A stretch of DNA of 64,000 nt from Alkalispirochaeta sp. (GTDB lineage: Bacteria; Spirochaetota; Spirochaetia; DSM-27196; Alkalispirochaetaceae). This document shows positions 1-9,521 of this stretch, one piece after another. Below the pieces are notes generated by a model that saw only the letters and a program-made list of their open reading frames with translations, did no database searches and was not told the origin of the DNA. Position 1 is the stretch's first letter, and every line of letters starts with the position of its first letter. A program made the position numbers and the translations under genes. The stretch covers positions 3,936,001 through 4,000,000 of the forward strand of contig OZ271854.1 in assembly GCA_965601925.1 (NCBI GenBank), written 5' to 3'.

Positions 1-1
1 C

Positions 2-589
2 GATCAGGAGGTCGTGCACAGTTTTGAGAGTCCCGAGCAGCCCCGGGGGCCGATCGCGATCCTCAAAGGTAACCTCGCCACCGAAGGCGCCGTCGTGAAG
101 ACGTGCGGCCTCAATGAGTTCGAGCATACCGGCCCGGCACGCGTGTACGAACACGAAGAGGAAGCGCTGAACGCGATTCTCAATGACGACGTCAAAAAAG
201 GCGACGTGGTCGTCATCCGGTATGAAGGGCCAAAAGGGGGGCCCGGGATGCGTGAGATGCTCGCCCCAACCGCCGCCATCGCCGGTGCGGGCCTTACCAA
301 GGATGTGGCGCTCATCACCGACGGACGTTTCTCCGGCGGCTCCCACGGCATGGTTGTGGGACACGTAGCTCCGGAGGCGCAAGTGGGCGGGACGATTGCT
401 CTCGTTCAGGACGGCGATGTTATAACGATTAGCACGAAGAAAAAGGAGCTTTCCGTCGCCGTGGACGAGGCCGAGCTGGCGCGTCGACGCGCGGCGTGGA
501 GTCCCAAAGAGACGACCTACCCCCGCGGCGCCTTGTGGAAGTTTGCTCAGTTATGTAGTTCGGCGAGTAAAGGGGCGGTAACGAGCTGA
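2..589 (+). CDS. ilvD: dihydroxy-acid dehydratase, C-terminal part (5' truncated by window)
   Basis: [47 protein letters not shown] motifs; frame open from position 2. Confidence 0.95.
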   Translation, partial: DQEVVHSFESPEQPRGPIAILKGNLATEGAVVKTCGLNEFEHTGPARVYEHEEEALNAILNDDVKKGDVVVIRYEGPKGGPGMREMLAPTAAIAGAGLTKDVALITDGRFSGGSHGMVVGHVAPEAQVGGTIALVQDGDVITISTKKKELSVAVDEAELARRRAAWSPKETTYPRGALWKFAQLCSSASKGAVTS

Positions 590-596
590 TAGTGGG

Positions 597-636
597 CGCG
601 TTCCGCCCCGAAGTTCGACAACCGGGGCGGAACGCG
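597..636 (+). terminator. GC-rich hairpin downstream of ilvD
   Basis: 14-bp perfect stem CGCGTTCCGCCCCG/CGGGGCGGAACGCG, 12-nt loop, 7 nt after the stop; no clear U-tract. Confidence 0.55.
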
Positions 637-1128
637 GTGTCGGTCACTCGGCGGGTCTCGGAAGACTGCGTGCCTCGCATCGGCACCGTACCGCTGTGTT
701 CACGTTCCTCGGAACTTTGTTCCTCCGGTACGTGAACGAGCTCCGCATCCGCGGCGAGCAGCAATCTGCAAGGATTGCGACCAGCCGGCGCCGCCCGCTC
801 CCGGCGCGTCTCCCCGGGGTTCCAACCAGGGGGAGTAGGAGGCGGTGTCGATCACTCAGCAGGCCCTCCGGGCCAGAAGTCGCGCTCGCCACCACCGCCC
901 ACTCCCAGCACACCCCCACCGGGGTGTCGCGTCCTCTAATGGATGGTCGGGGAGCCGGGCTCCGCGACCATCCATCCGAGTCCCAAGCGCGCAGTATCCG
1001 AGGTGCTGGTCCTCCGATGGATATGTGTGGAAGAAGATTGGATGTCGAGCTCCCGAGTATGATCGGCCGTTCAATTCCACCGTGCGTCCGATCGTGGACC
1101 GGAATAAACTGAAACGAGGAGTGTCTGT

Positions 1129-1755
1129 ATGGTCGATTGGTTTCCGACCTTGTTGAGTGTCGCTCTGTTGTGGAGTGTAGCGGTAATGACCCCGGGACCG
1201 AATTTTTTCGTCATCCTGCAGAATAGCGCGCGCTATTCACGGAAGACGGGATGTTTCATTGTGGCCGGCGTGGTCGCCGGAACGTCGCTCTGGGGTTTCA
1301 CCGGTGTATGGGGCATCAATACACTATTTGAGGCGGCTCCATGGTTATACGCCTTCTTGAGGCTACTGGGTGGAGGTTATCTCGTCGTACGTGGGATCAC
1401 GCTCATTGCCGGAAAACACGGTTCGACTCCCTCAGCATCCTACCCTTCGCGTAGCTCAATGCGACCGGTGAGGGCGATCCGATTGGGTTTCTTGACGAGT
1501 CTGTCCAATCCGAAGACAGCGGCGTTCGTCGCGAGTCTCGTCGCCTCCACTATGCCCGAAACACCGTCGCTCGGACTCGGAATGGCCGGTGTCGTGCTCA
1601 TGATGGGGATATCCCTTTTGTGGTACGGTGTCGTGGTATTTCTGTTCTCATCCCGCTACGTAGCATCATTCTACAAACGGCGTCGAACGGTGATAGAGAG
1701 GGTAACCGGTATCATGTTTATCGGTTTTGGTACGAGAGTGGCTCTTCAACGTTGA
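1129..1755 (+). CDS. LysE/RhtB family amino-acid exporter
   Basis: AVMTPGPNFF, GFLTSLSNPKTA, several TM segments; RBS GAGGAG. Confidence 0.9.
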   Translation: MVDWFPTLLSVALLWSVAVMTPGPNFFVILQNSARYSRKTGCFIVAGVVAGTSLWGFTGVWGINTLFEAAPWLYAFLRLLGGGYLVVRGITLIAGKHGSTPSASYPSRSSMRPVRAIRLGFLTSLSNPKTAAFVASLVASTMPETPSLGLGMAGVVLMMGISLLWYGVVVFLFSSRYVASFYKRRRTVIERVTGIMFIGFGTRVALQR

Positions 1756-1818
1756 CCTCGTTACGCGGAACGCGAACGAGGTAAGCACCGTTTCGGCGTC
1801 CACACGGGTGTCGACACG

Positions 1819-2043
1819 CTACTCGCCGCCCTCTCCTTCCGGTCTACCAAGCGAGCGGGCCCGGATGCGTACCGCGGGGACGAGTTTCGAAGAACGCATC
1901 CTCTGCTCCACGTAGTCGCCCACCGCGTACTCCCGGTCAAGGAGCAGTTCGTCGGCACCGAAAAGATCGTCCTGTCGGGCACCCACTGTGCCGGGGTGCG
2001 CTCCCCGGTCGACCGAGAAGCTCCCTTCCAGCTCCGCCCGCAT
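1819..2043 (-). CDS. short hypothetical ORF or gene remnant (74 aa)
   Basis: ATG overlaps the kinase stop (TGATG); no recognisable motif. Confidence 0.3.
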   Translation of the reverse strand: MRAELEGSFSVDRGAHPGTVGARQDDLFGADELLLDREYAVGDYVEQRMRSSKLVPAVRIRARSLGRPEGEGGE

Positions 2044-3617
2044 CACTCCGATGCACCGTCTCCCCAATACTTTGTCTGTAGTGACGAGAGTCTGTCGTAG
2101 ATACCCGAGTCTCTGAGCGCACATAATGTGTCTTTGAAGACACCGTACAAGTCGGTGTACATCTCGTGACGTTTCGAGTCCGGTTCGAACTCACCCGTTA
2201 CATTCACCATGTTCTCCACCGCTTCGTCGATCGACGCGAATTGACGCGCTCCCGTTGCTCCTAAGATCGTAGCACCCAATGTCGTACATTCGGAAACGAG
2301 ATACGTCTTGACCGGTCGACCGTATACGTCCCCCTGAATCTGTCGCCATAATGGACTTTTCGCGCCGCCGCCGGACAATCCAATGACATCAAAAGGTGTT
2401 TTCAAGACGTGCTCCATCGCCTCGACGATCATCCTCATTTCCAACGCCACGCCCTCGAGGACGGCCCGGGCCATGATATTTCGATCATGCATAAAACCGA
2501 GCCCTAAAGAGCCTCCCGATGCGGTGTGAATATAGTGGGGCGTCACCTGTCCGGTGAAAAAGGGGAAGAAGAGATACCCTTTGGACCCGGCCGGCGCCTG
2601 CGCCGCTTGAGCGGTAATCAGGTCGTATGTGCTCAGTCCGAGCTTGGCCGCAGTATCGGTCTCGACCTGGGCGTACGTATCGCGCCACCAGCGAAGCGTC
2701 GCCCCGGAGGAGTATTGCGTCCCTTCCATGTCCCACTTTCCCGGTACTGCGTGTCCCCCCGTGATGACGCGCCCGTCAGGATCGTCCTTTCTCGAATCGG
2801 CGTGCGCGACCATCACACCGCCGGTGCCGAGGGTCACTTCGGAGAGTCCCTCCCGAATAACCCCGGCGCCGACCGCCGCGCACTGCTGATCACCACCGCC
2901 CACGACGATCGGTGTACCTTCGGCAAACCCGGTCGATTGCGCCGCGTGTTTGCTCATCACCCCTACCTGGCGCATCGGTTCGCCGACGGGGGGGAGTTTT
3001 TCTCTCGGTATGCCCGCGGCATGTAAAATCGTATCGGACCAATCGAGCGTATCGATCGCCATCATGCCGTTCAACGTCAAAGAGGCCGGGTCGGAGAACA
3101 TCTCTTCCGATCCGAGGCGGTGGAGAAACCACTCCTGGCCGTTGACGATCTTCCACGTCTTGGACCACACCTTGGGCATGTTCTCCTTGACCCACATGAT
3201 TTTGAATAGTGACCAGTGGGGGTCCATCGCGACACCGGCCTCCGCGATATACGCCTTCGCGTCCATACGCTCCTTGAACCGCAAGAATTGATGGTGGGCC
3301 GCGCGATTATCGTTCCAGACGATCGCGTGGTGGAGGGGTTTCCACTCTTTGTCGATGCACACGAATGTCCCGCGCTGGCTGGAAAAACCGAGGGAGCCGA
3401 TCTCTCGCGTATCGATTCCGGTTTTACCGGTCACTTCCGTGCTCGCGTCACAGAGTCGATCCCACACCAATTCCATGTCCTGTTCGCTCCACCCCATCTT
3501 GGGGTAGTAGCACGAATATTCACGATACGCACTACCGACGATGCGCCCCGACAGGTCTGTAATCATGACCGTAGCGCCGGAGGTTCCGGCATCGATACCA
3601 ACCGCATAGTTCGCCAC
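2043..3617 (-). CDS. FGGY family carbohydrate kinase (xylulokinase-like)
   Basis: GIDAGTSG, WNDNRA, GGGDQQCA, RAVLEGVA, SGGGAKSPLWRQI motifs. Confidence 0.92.
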   Translation of the reverse strand: MANYAVGIDAGTSGATVMITDLSGRIVGSAYREYSCYYPKMGWSEQDMELVWDRLCDASTEVTGKTGIDTREIGSLGFSSQRGTFVCIDKEWKPLHHAIVWNDNRAAHHQFLRFKERMDAKAYIAEAGVAMDPHWSLFKIMWVKENMPKVWSKTWKIVNGQEWFLHRLGSEEMFSDPASLTLNGMMAIDTLDWSDTILHAAGIPREKLPPVGEPMRQVGVMSKHAAQSTGFAEGTPIVVGGGDQQCAAVGAGVIREGLSEVTLGTGGVMVAHADSRKDDPDGRVITGGHAVPGKWDMEGTQYSSGATLRWWRDTYAQVETDTAAKLGLSTYDLITAQAAQAPAGSKGYLFFPFFTGQVTPHYIHTASGGSLGLGFMHDRNIMARAVLEGVALEMRMIVEAMEHVLKTPFDVIGLSGGGAKSPLWRQIQGDVYGRPVKTYLVSECTTLGATILGATGARQFASIDEAVENMVNVTGEFEPDSKRHEMYTDLYGVFKDTLCALRDSGIYDRLSSLQTKYWGDGASE

Positions 3618-4168
3618 TATCCTCGACCTCCCTCGGTAACGTTGTATGTCTTTGTCGTATCGGCAACGAAAAGATTTCGCAGTTCCAGTTCTCGTTGCAG
3701 CCGGTACGCCGACTCGTAGTGGATGGCCTGCTCTCCCGCGAGCAGTGCGCGCTCTATCGTGTTCATTCGACGAGAAACGGTAATCCGTTGCATACGTTCG
3801 ATCTCATCCGTGGACCGATCCGCGTGCCGCCCGTGAGCGGATAGCCAAATCGATGGAATCTTCTCGTACATCTCGCGCAGTATCGGCGTCGCACATACCG
3901 TTTGTATGGTGCCGCCGCGCAGGACTATACGGTGTAGAAGTTGAACCAATGCATCGTCGACCGGGCGGTCTTCATACACGGCATGAATGAGAGACACGAC
4001 GGCGTCTCCCGGTGGGGAATCCTGGTCATTCCGAAGATAATCATCGATCGAGAAAACGTGGTGCGCGCCTAACGTGTGACGAGACCGATAGCGTTCCTCT
4101 TCAAAGACAATCGAGCGCACGTCGGGGATAAGCGTTCCGTACGTCTCTACGATGAGCTTTAAGGTCAT
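3617..4168 (-). CDS. hypothetical protein
   Basis: ATGA overlap with upstream yjbQ-like gene, TAGTG overlap with the kinase; ~183 aa. Confidence 0.65.
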   Translation of the reverse strand: MTLKLIVETYGTLIPDVRSIVFEEERYRSRHTLGAHHVFSIDDYLRNDQDSPPGDAVVSLIHAVYEDRPVDDALVQLLHRIVLRGGTIQTVCATPILREMYEKIPSIWLSAHGRHADRSTDEIERMQRITVSRRMNTIERALLAGEQAIHYESAYRLQRELELRNLFVADTTKTYNVTEGGRG

Positions 4169-4593
4169 CGCGGACAATCTCCTACGATGGTAAGGGCTAC
4201 GAAGCGCTCCAAGGGTTCGGGTTGAAAGTCCATGAACATGATCTCCTGATATGTTCCCAGGGTCATATCACCGTCGATGAAGGGCATTACGAGGGTACGA
4301 TTGAAGAGTGCCGACAGTACGTGCCCGGCTCCGTTCTCATCTACACCCCGTCGGTGGTGGAAGAATGCGTCGGAATCGGGAATGAACTCTTGAAGAAGAC
4401 GCTTGATGTCCATGATTATCCCCGCCTCGTGCTCGACGAGCATAAGAGCGCTCGTCGTATGCTGCACGAGAAGGTGTACGAAACCGGAACGTATTTCTCC
4501 ACGTGAAATTTTCTTTCGTACTTTATCGGTGAGAATTTCAGTGTAATACCGGCCGTCGGAGTAGACCGATATGGAATCACGAGCGGTCGCCAT
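4165..4593 (-). CDS. YjbQ (UPF0047) family protein
   Basis: HTTSAL, NGAGH, LGTYQEIMFMDF motifs; RBS GGAG before MATARD. Confidence 0.85.
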   Translation of the reverse strand: MATARDSISVYSDGRYYTEILTDKVRKKISRGEIRSGFVHLLVQHTTSALMLVEHEAGIIMDIKRLLQEFIPDSDAFFHHRRGVDENGAGHVLSALFNRTLVMPFIDGDMTLGTYQEIMFMDFQPEPLERFVALTIVGDCPR

Positions 4594-4812
4594 CACATTT
4601 TCTCCACGTATCAATCGACACGACGATTTGATCGTAAAATAACAAAAGAAGATTGTCAAAGAATATTTTGGTATCGGATACTTTCATTTCAAAAATATAT
4701 TTGCCGATTTAGGCGCATTTAATGTAAACAATAGCTTCTTCTTGGTATGTATGAAAGAACATGCTATGCTATAGCGCGTACGCCGTACCATGTTATATGA
4801 GGATGCTTCGTC

Positions 4813-5616
4813 GTGGACAAACAGCAACAGCGCATGAATGAAATCGTCAGGATTCTCTCAAGTACCGGTATGCAACGCGTATCCGATCTTGCCGATCAAA
4901 CGGGAGTATCGGAGGTAACCGTTCGGCGGGACCTCCGAAGACTCGAAGACGACGGGCTGGTATTTATCGCCCACGGTGCGGCGTCGATCAACCCCGGAAG
5001 CGATACGCTTCGCGTCGGAGATCAGTATTTCATCGCCCAGCAACAAGCCCTCCACCAACACGAAAAAATGATTATCGGAGAAAAGGCGGCAACGCTCGTA
5101 GAACCTCACGATACGATCGTGATTGATTCGGGGACAACACCCTACTATTTGGCGCGAGCCCTCCCTACCGATTACGACCTCACGGTCATTTGCGTCTCAT
5201 TGAACGTCTTTATCGAGTTACACGACCGTGACGATGTAAAACTGATCTTTGCGGGCGGCTATTATCACCAAAATAGTCTGATGTGCGAGAGTGAAGAAGG
5301 AATTTCCATGATTCGGCGCCATCGCGCCTCGAAGGCGTTCTTGGGAGCGACCGGAATCCATGAAAAGCTGGGTGTTACCTCGTCTAATCCATGGGAGCAA
5401 AAGACAAAACGAGCCATCATGGAATCAAGCCTCACGAATATTCTCCTCGTCGATTCGGATAAGTTCCGGGTCGTTCAAACGTCCTATTTTGCCGATATGC
5501 ATGAGTTCGATGTGGTGGTCAGCGACGGCGAGGTACCGGAAACGTACATATCTCACATAAAAAACAGCGGTGTTCAGCTCGTGTACGCAGACAGTGAGCC
5601 GGATACCGTCCGGTAA
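4813..5616 (+). CDS. DeoR/GlpR family transcriptional regulator
   Basis: VSEVTVRRDL HTH, IDSGTT, LLVDSDKF. Confidence 0.93.
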   Translation: MDKQQQRMNEIVRILSSTGMQRVSDLADQTGVSEVTVRRDLRRLEDDGLVFIAHGAASINPGSDTLRVGDQYFIAQQQALHQHEKMIIGEKAATLVEPHDTIVIDSGTTPYYLARALPTDYDLTVICVSLNVFIELHDRDDVKLIFAGGYYHQNSLMCESEEGISMIRRHRASKAFLGATGIHEKLGVTSSNPWEQKTKRAIMESSLTNILLVDSDKFRVVQTSYFADMHEFDVVVSDGEVPETYISHIKNSGVQLVYADSEPDTVR

Positions 5617-5834
5617 CGGCGCGGATCATTCCGTCGAACGTTTCAACCGCATATGAACTGAGCGATGTAACGATCGCAAAACAAAGATTATCCCCGAATT
5701 ACTTACGTAAACGTACATCAACTCAAAGAATTCGTTGACAGCTGCAAATTTAGATGGTTCAATTGAATGCGGTTGGGAAAAACGACAAATAATGTTCCTA
5801 ATCGAAACTGTATTGTCGTAAAGGGAGGTGAAAC

Positions 5835-6863
5835 GTGAATAAATGCACACGGTTCGGAATGTTGATGGTCGTCGCGTTGATCGCGATGCCGATCGCCGTC
5901 TTCGCAGCGGGTCAACAAGAGGCGGATGACGATGTTTTTCAGATCGTCATGGTCGCGAAACATGAAGGGATTTCGTGGTTTGACGACATGCGCATCGGTG
6001 TAGAGGAGTTCGGAGAGGACTTTACCGATGTAGAGGCGTGGCAGATTGCCCCCGAGGGCGGTGATCCGGCTCGGCAGAACCAAATGGTTGAGGATCTCAT
6101 CGCTCAGGGCGTAGACGCCATTCTCGTCGTGCCGAACGATCCGGAAGCGATGATTCCGGTGCTGCGCCGGGCGCGCGAAGCCGGCATCGTTGTCGTCAGC
6201 CACGAGGCGGAGCAACTCGTTCGCGATCACGATGGGGTTGTGGACTACAATATGGAAGCATTCACGAATCACGAGTTCGGCCGCGTGATGGGAGCGGCGC
6301 TGGCCCGCGAGATGGGGTACGAAGGAAGGTTCGCGGGGCAAGTCGGTGGATTAACGATGGAAACCCACATGCAGTGGTACCGTGGTCTCATGGACTACAT
6401 CGCGGAGAATGCGCCCGATATGGAGTTCGTTCTCGATGAGCCGGTGGAAGACTGGAATACCGAGCAAACCGCATATAATAACGCCCGTGAACTGCTCGCC
6501 GCGTATCCCGATCTCACGGGATTCTTTGGGAACTCTGCGTCGTCGACGATCATGAATGCGCAGGTGATCGAGGAGCTCGGTCTCACGGGTGACGTCGCCG
6601 CCGTCGGTCTTACGCTCCCGTCGATGTCCGAACAGTACATTCGAAACGGCTCGCTGCAACACGGTCAAGCGTGGCGCCCGGCGGACGCCGGATACGTATC
6701 CGCGTACATCGCGTATCTCGCCCTTACCGGTCAACAGGTCGAAAGCGGTATGGATCTCGGAAAAGACGGATATCGCGACATCATCGTTGATGGTCAGCTG
6801 GTTTTCGGGAATGCTCCGCTCATTTTCAACCAGGAGAACATCGACGATATGCTGTTCTTTTAG
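5835..6863 (+). CDS. sugar ABC transporter substrate-binding protein (LsrB/RhaS-like)
   Basis: signal peptide ending FAAGQQE; KHEGISWFDDM, EDLIAQGVDAILVVPND; RBS GGGAGG. Confidence 0.9.
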   Translation: MNKCTRFGMLMVVALIAMPIAVFAAGQQEADDDVFQIVMVAKHEGISWFDDMRIGVEEFGEDFTDVEAWQIAPEGGDPARQNQMVEDLIAQGVDAILVVPNDPEAMIPVLRRAREAGIVVVSHEAEQLVRDHDGVVDYNMEAFTNHEFGRVMGAALAREMGYEGRFAGQVGGLTMETHMQWYRGLMDYIAENAPDMEFVLDEPVEDWNTEQTAYNNARELLAAYPDLTGFFGNSASSTIMNAQVIEELGLTGDVAAVGLTLPSMSEQYIRNGSLQHGQAWRPADAGYVSAYIAYLALTGQQVESGMDLGKDGYRDIIVDGQLVFGNAPLIFNQENIDDMLFF

Positions 6864-6895
6864 CGACGACTATCGGTTGATAGAGTCATCACAGG

Positions 6896-6926
6896 CATTT
6901 TCAAAAATCGCCGATTTTTGAAAATG
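6896..6926. repeat. perfect 15-bp inverted repeat (1-nt centre) between SBP and ATPase genes
   Basis: CATTTTCAAAAATCG-C-CGATTTTTGAAAATG. Confidence 0.8.
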
Positions 6927-6993
6927 TCATACAGCGCGTTCGTTCCGGCTCGATGTCGTGCCGGAACGTTCTGCATATACGAGGGAGCTCCCG

Positions 6994-8499
6994 ATGGCCG
7001 ACGACTACGTACTTCGTATAGAGGGTTTGTCAAAAACGTTTCCAGGTGTCCAGGCGCTCGACCGCGTCGACATGTCGGTAGGATACGGCGAGGTACACTG
7101 TCTCGTCGGTGAAAACGGTTCCGGCAAATCGACACTCATCCGCTCCGTTTCCGGATCGCAGGGATTCGACGGGGGCCGTATCATCCTCAATGGAAACGAG
7201 TACACTGAATTGACGACCAGAGCGGCGATGAATGAGGGCGTACAGATCATTTATCAGGACCTGTCCCTGTTTCCGACGCTGTCGGTCGCCGAAAATATCG
7301 CCTTCAATTGGATGGTGCGCGATGAGGTCAGATACATCAGGCCGAGCATGATCACCGCACGGGCCCGGGACGGTTTGGATCAACTGCGCGAGTCCATCGA
7401 TCTCGAAACCCCGGTACAGAATCTCTCTATGGCCCAGAGGCAAATCGTAGCCATTGCACGAGCCTTGGTGCTCGAAGCGAAGATCATCTTCATGGACGAA
7501 CCGACGACGGCGCTCACGAAATCGGAGATCGATTCCCTGTTTCGAATCATAGACGAGCTGCGCAACAACGGTATCGCCACGGTATTCGTCAGCCACAAGC
7601 TCGATGAGGTATTTCGCGTTTCCGACAATATTACGGTCATTCGCGACGGAAAAAAGATCGGCGACTTCGCCACGGAATCGTTGAACGAGGAAACGCTTGC
7701 CCTTCACATGACCGGTAAGAAGATCTTATACACCCCGTACGAGTACGAACCATCAAACGAGAACGTCACGCCGGTGCTCGAAGTGAAAGGACTGTCGCGG
7801 GAGCCTCACTACCACGATCTGGATTTAACCGTGAAACCGGGGGAGATCGTCGGCATCATCGGCCCTCTGGGCGCCGGACGAACCGAGTTCGCTCTTTCCC
7901 TCTTCGGACTGAATCAACCGGATCGGGGTGAAATCGTCGTCGAAGGCGCACCGCAGGCGATTCGTTCCCCGGAAGAGGCGATTCAAGCCGGTATCGCTCT
8001 CGTTCCGGAGGACCGGCACGTACAGGGACTCTTTCAGGAAAAACCGATCGATGAGAACTTGGTGGCGTCGGTATTGGATACGGTGACTCGATGGGGATTG
8101 GTCGACGGAGATGCTGCACAGGGAATAGCACGTCGATGGTTTTCCGAGTTGTCCATTAAGGCGCCCTCCCCCCGTGACGCGGTCGGTTCGCTGTCGGGCG
8201 GCAACCAACAGCGAGTCGTCATCGGTAAATGGCTCGCAACACAACCGCGTCTCTTGATTCTCGACGGTCCGACGGTCGGTATCGATGTCGCGTCAAAATC
8301 GACGATACACGAAATCGTTCATGAACTCGCCCGGAACGGTATGGCGATCGTCATCATTTCCGATGAAATACCGGAGATCCATAAGAACAGCAGTCGAATC
8401 ATCGTAATGCGCGACGGGACGTTTATCTTCGAAGCGAAGCGCGAGGATATCGGGCAAGAGGAGTTGAGAAGCATCGTAGAACGGGGAGTTCCCGCGTGA
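6994..8499 (+). CDS. sugar ABC transporter ATP-binding protein (two NBDs)
   Basis: GENGSGKST, FMDEPT, LSGGNQQRV. Confidence 0.93.
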   Translation: MADDYVLRIEGLSKTFPGVQALDRVDMSVGYGEVHCLVGENGSGKSTLIRSVSGSQGFDGGRIILNGNEYTELTTRAAMNEGVQIIYQDLSLFPTLSVAENIAFNWMVRDEVRYIRPSMITARARDGLDQLRESIDLETPVQNLSMAQRQIVAIARALVLEAKIIFMDEPTTALTKSEIDSLFRIIDELRNNGIATVFVSHKLDEVFRVSDNITVIRDGKKIGDFATESLNEETLALHMTGKKILYTPYEYEPSNENVTPVLEVKGLSREPHYHDLDLTVKPGEIVGIIGPLGAGRTEFALSLFGLNQPDRGEIVVEGAPQAIRSPEEAIQAGIALVPEDRHVQGLFQEKPIDENLVASVLDTVTRWGLVDGDAAQGIARRWFSELSIKAPSPRDAVGSLSGGNQQRVVIGKWLATQPRLLILDGPTVGIDVASKSTIHEIVHELARNGMAIVIISDEIPEIHKNSSRIIVMRDGTFIFEAKREDIGQEELRSIVERGVPA

Positions 8500-9521
8500 G
8501 CGACCTTCGAAAAACGGGGTTCGGTAAGCTTGTCGGACGACAAGAGACGGTTCTCCTGGCGATCCTTATAGCCTATGGAGTGCTTGTAGGATCGATAAAC
8601 CCTTCGTTCTATACCTTGGATAATCTGTTTCAGATTGTCCGCTCCAGTGCCGGTACGATGATCCTCGCAATGGGTTCGCTCGTCGTGCTCGCGTCCGGGG
8701 GGATAGATGTATCCTTTACGGCGGTCGCGATCTTCGGTGGGTATGCCACGGTGAGGATCATGATGGCGACGGGTATCGACAACATCGTTTTCGCGTTCGC
8801 CTTGTCCGGTGTCTTCGGCATTCTCCTGGGCGCAATCAATGCATTCTTCATCCAGAAGTTTCGACTCCAGACGTTGATCGTAACGCTCGGCACGCAGTCC
8901 ATTTTCGTTGGATTGATGACCTTGATGTTCGGAACGAGGTTCGTTCCGGTGGGGAACATGCCCGACTCGATCGTGTGGTTTGGAACGGAGCCCCTTCTTA
9001 CCCTCACTACGGCGAGCGGCGCGGCGCGCCTTACGTGGTTTGTCGTTCCCACGATCGTTTTGATCGTTCTTACATGGTTTCTTCTCAATCGTACTCTCGT
9101 GGGACGTACCGTGTACGCTATGGGGAGTTCCCGAGAGGCCGTGGAACGGGCCGGGGTCCAACTGTGGAAGACGCGAGCCTTTATCTACTGCTACGTCGGC
9201 ATGTTGTCCGGTTTCATGGGAATCGTGTATACCGCGCACGTTCGATCCCTGAATCCGATTTCCCTCGTCGGCGATGAGTTATTCGTACTTACCGCCGTCG
9301 TGCTCGGAGGGGCCAAACTAACCGGTGGAGTCGGGACCGTTTCGGGTACCGTCCTGGGCGTGCTCATCATCACGACACTCCAAACGACGCTCATTCTCAT
9401 CGGGCTTTCGTCGTCGTGGATGCGTTTTTTCATCGGCGCCATTCTCATCCTGAGCGTGTCGATCATGGCGATACGTACGCGACGAGAGAACCTTCGCAAT
9501 CTCATCTTTCATAACGAGTGA
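8496..9521 (+). CDS. sugar ABC transporter permease
   Basis: SGGIDVS, AVVLGGAKLTGGVGT; GTGA overlap. Confidence 0.92.
   Translation: MSDLRKTGFGKLVGRQETVLLAILIAYGVLVGSINPSFYTLDNLFQIVRSSAGTMILAMGSLVVLASGGIDVSFTAVAIFGGYATVRIMMATGIDNIVFAFALSGVFGILLGAINAFFIQKFRLQTLIVTLGTQSIFVGLMTLMFGTRFVPVGNMPDSIVWFGTEPLLTLTTASGAARLTWFVVPTIVLIVLTWFLLNRTLVGRTVYAMGSSREAVERAGVQLWKTRAFIYCYVGMLSGFMGIVYTAHVRSLNPISLVGDELFVLTAVVLGGAKLTGGVGTVSGTVLGVLIITTLQTTLILIGLSSSWMRFFIGAILILSVSIMAIRTRRENLRNLIFHNE

Noticed and set aside
644..1156. Overlapping ORFs (644-919, 696-1112, 845-1156); VFTFLGTLFLRYVNELRIRGE looks like a transporter tail and SYSPWLEP like an IS630 motif
   Set aside because: Matches are too short, with no start context or continuous homology
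5835..6863. True AI-2 (lsr) quorum-sensing uptake system
   Set aside because: No lsrF, lsrG or SorC-type lsrR; the DeoR/DhaKL context fits sugar catabolism better
8254..8274. Walker B variant LILDGPT in the second NBD of the sugar ABC ATPase
   Set aside because: A degenerate second nucleotide site is normal for two-domain sugar ABC ATPases
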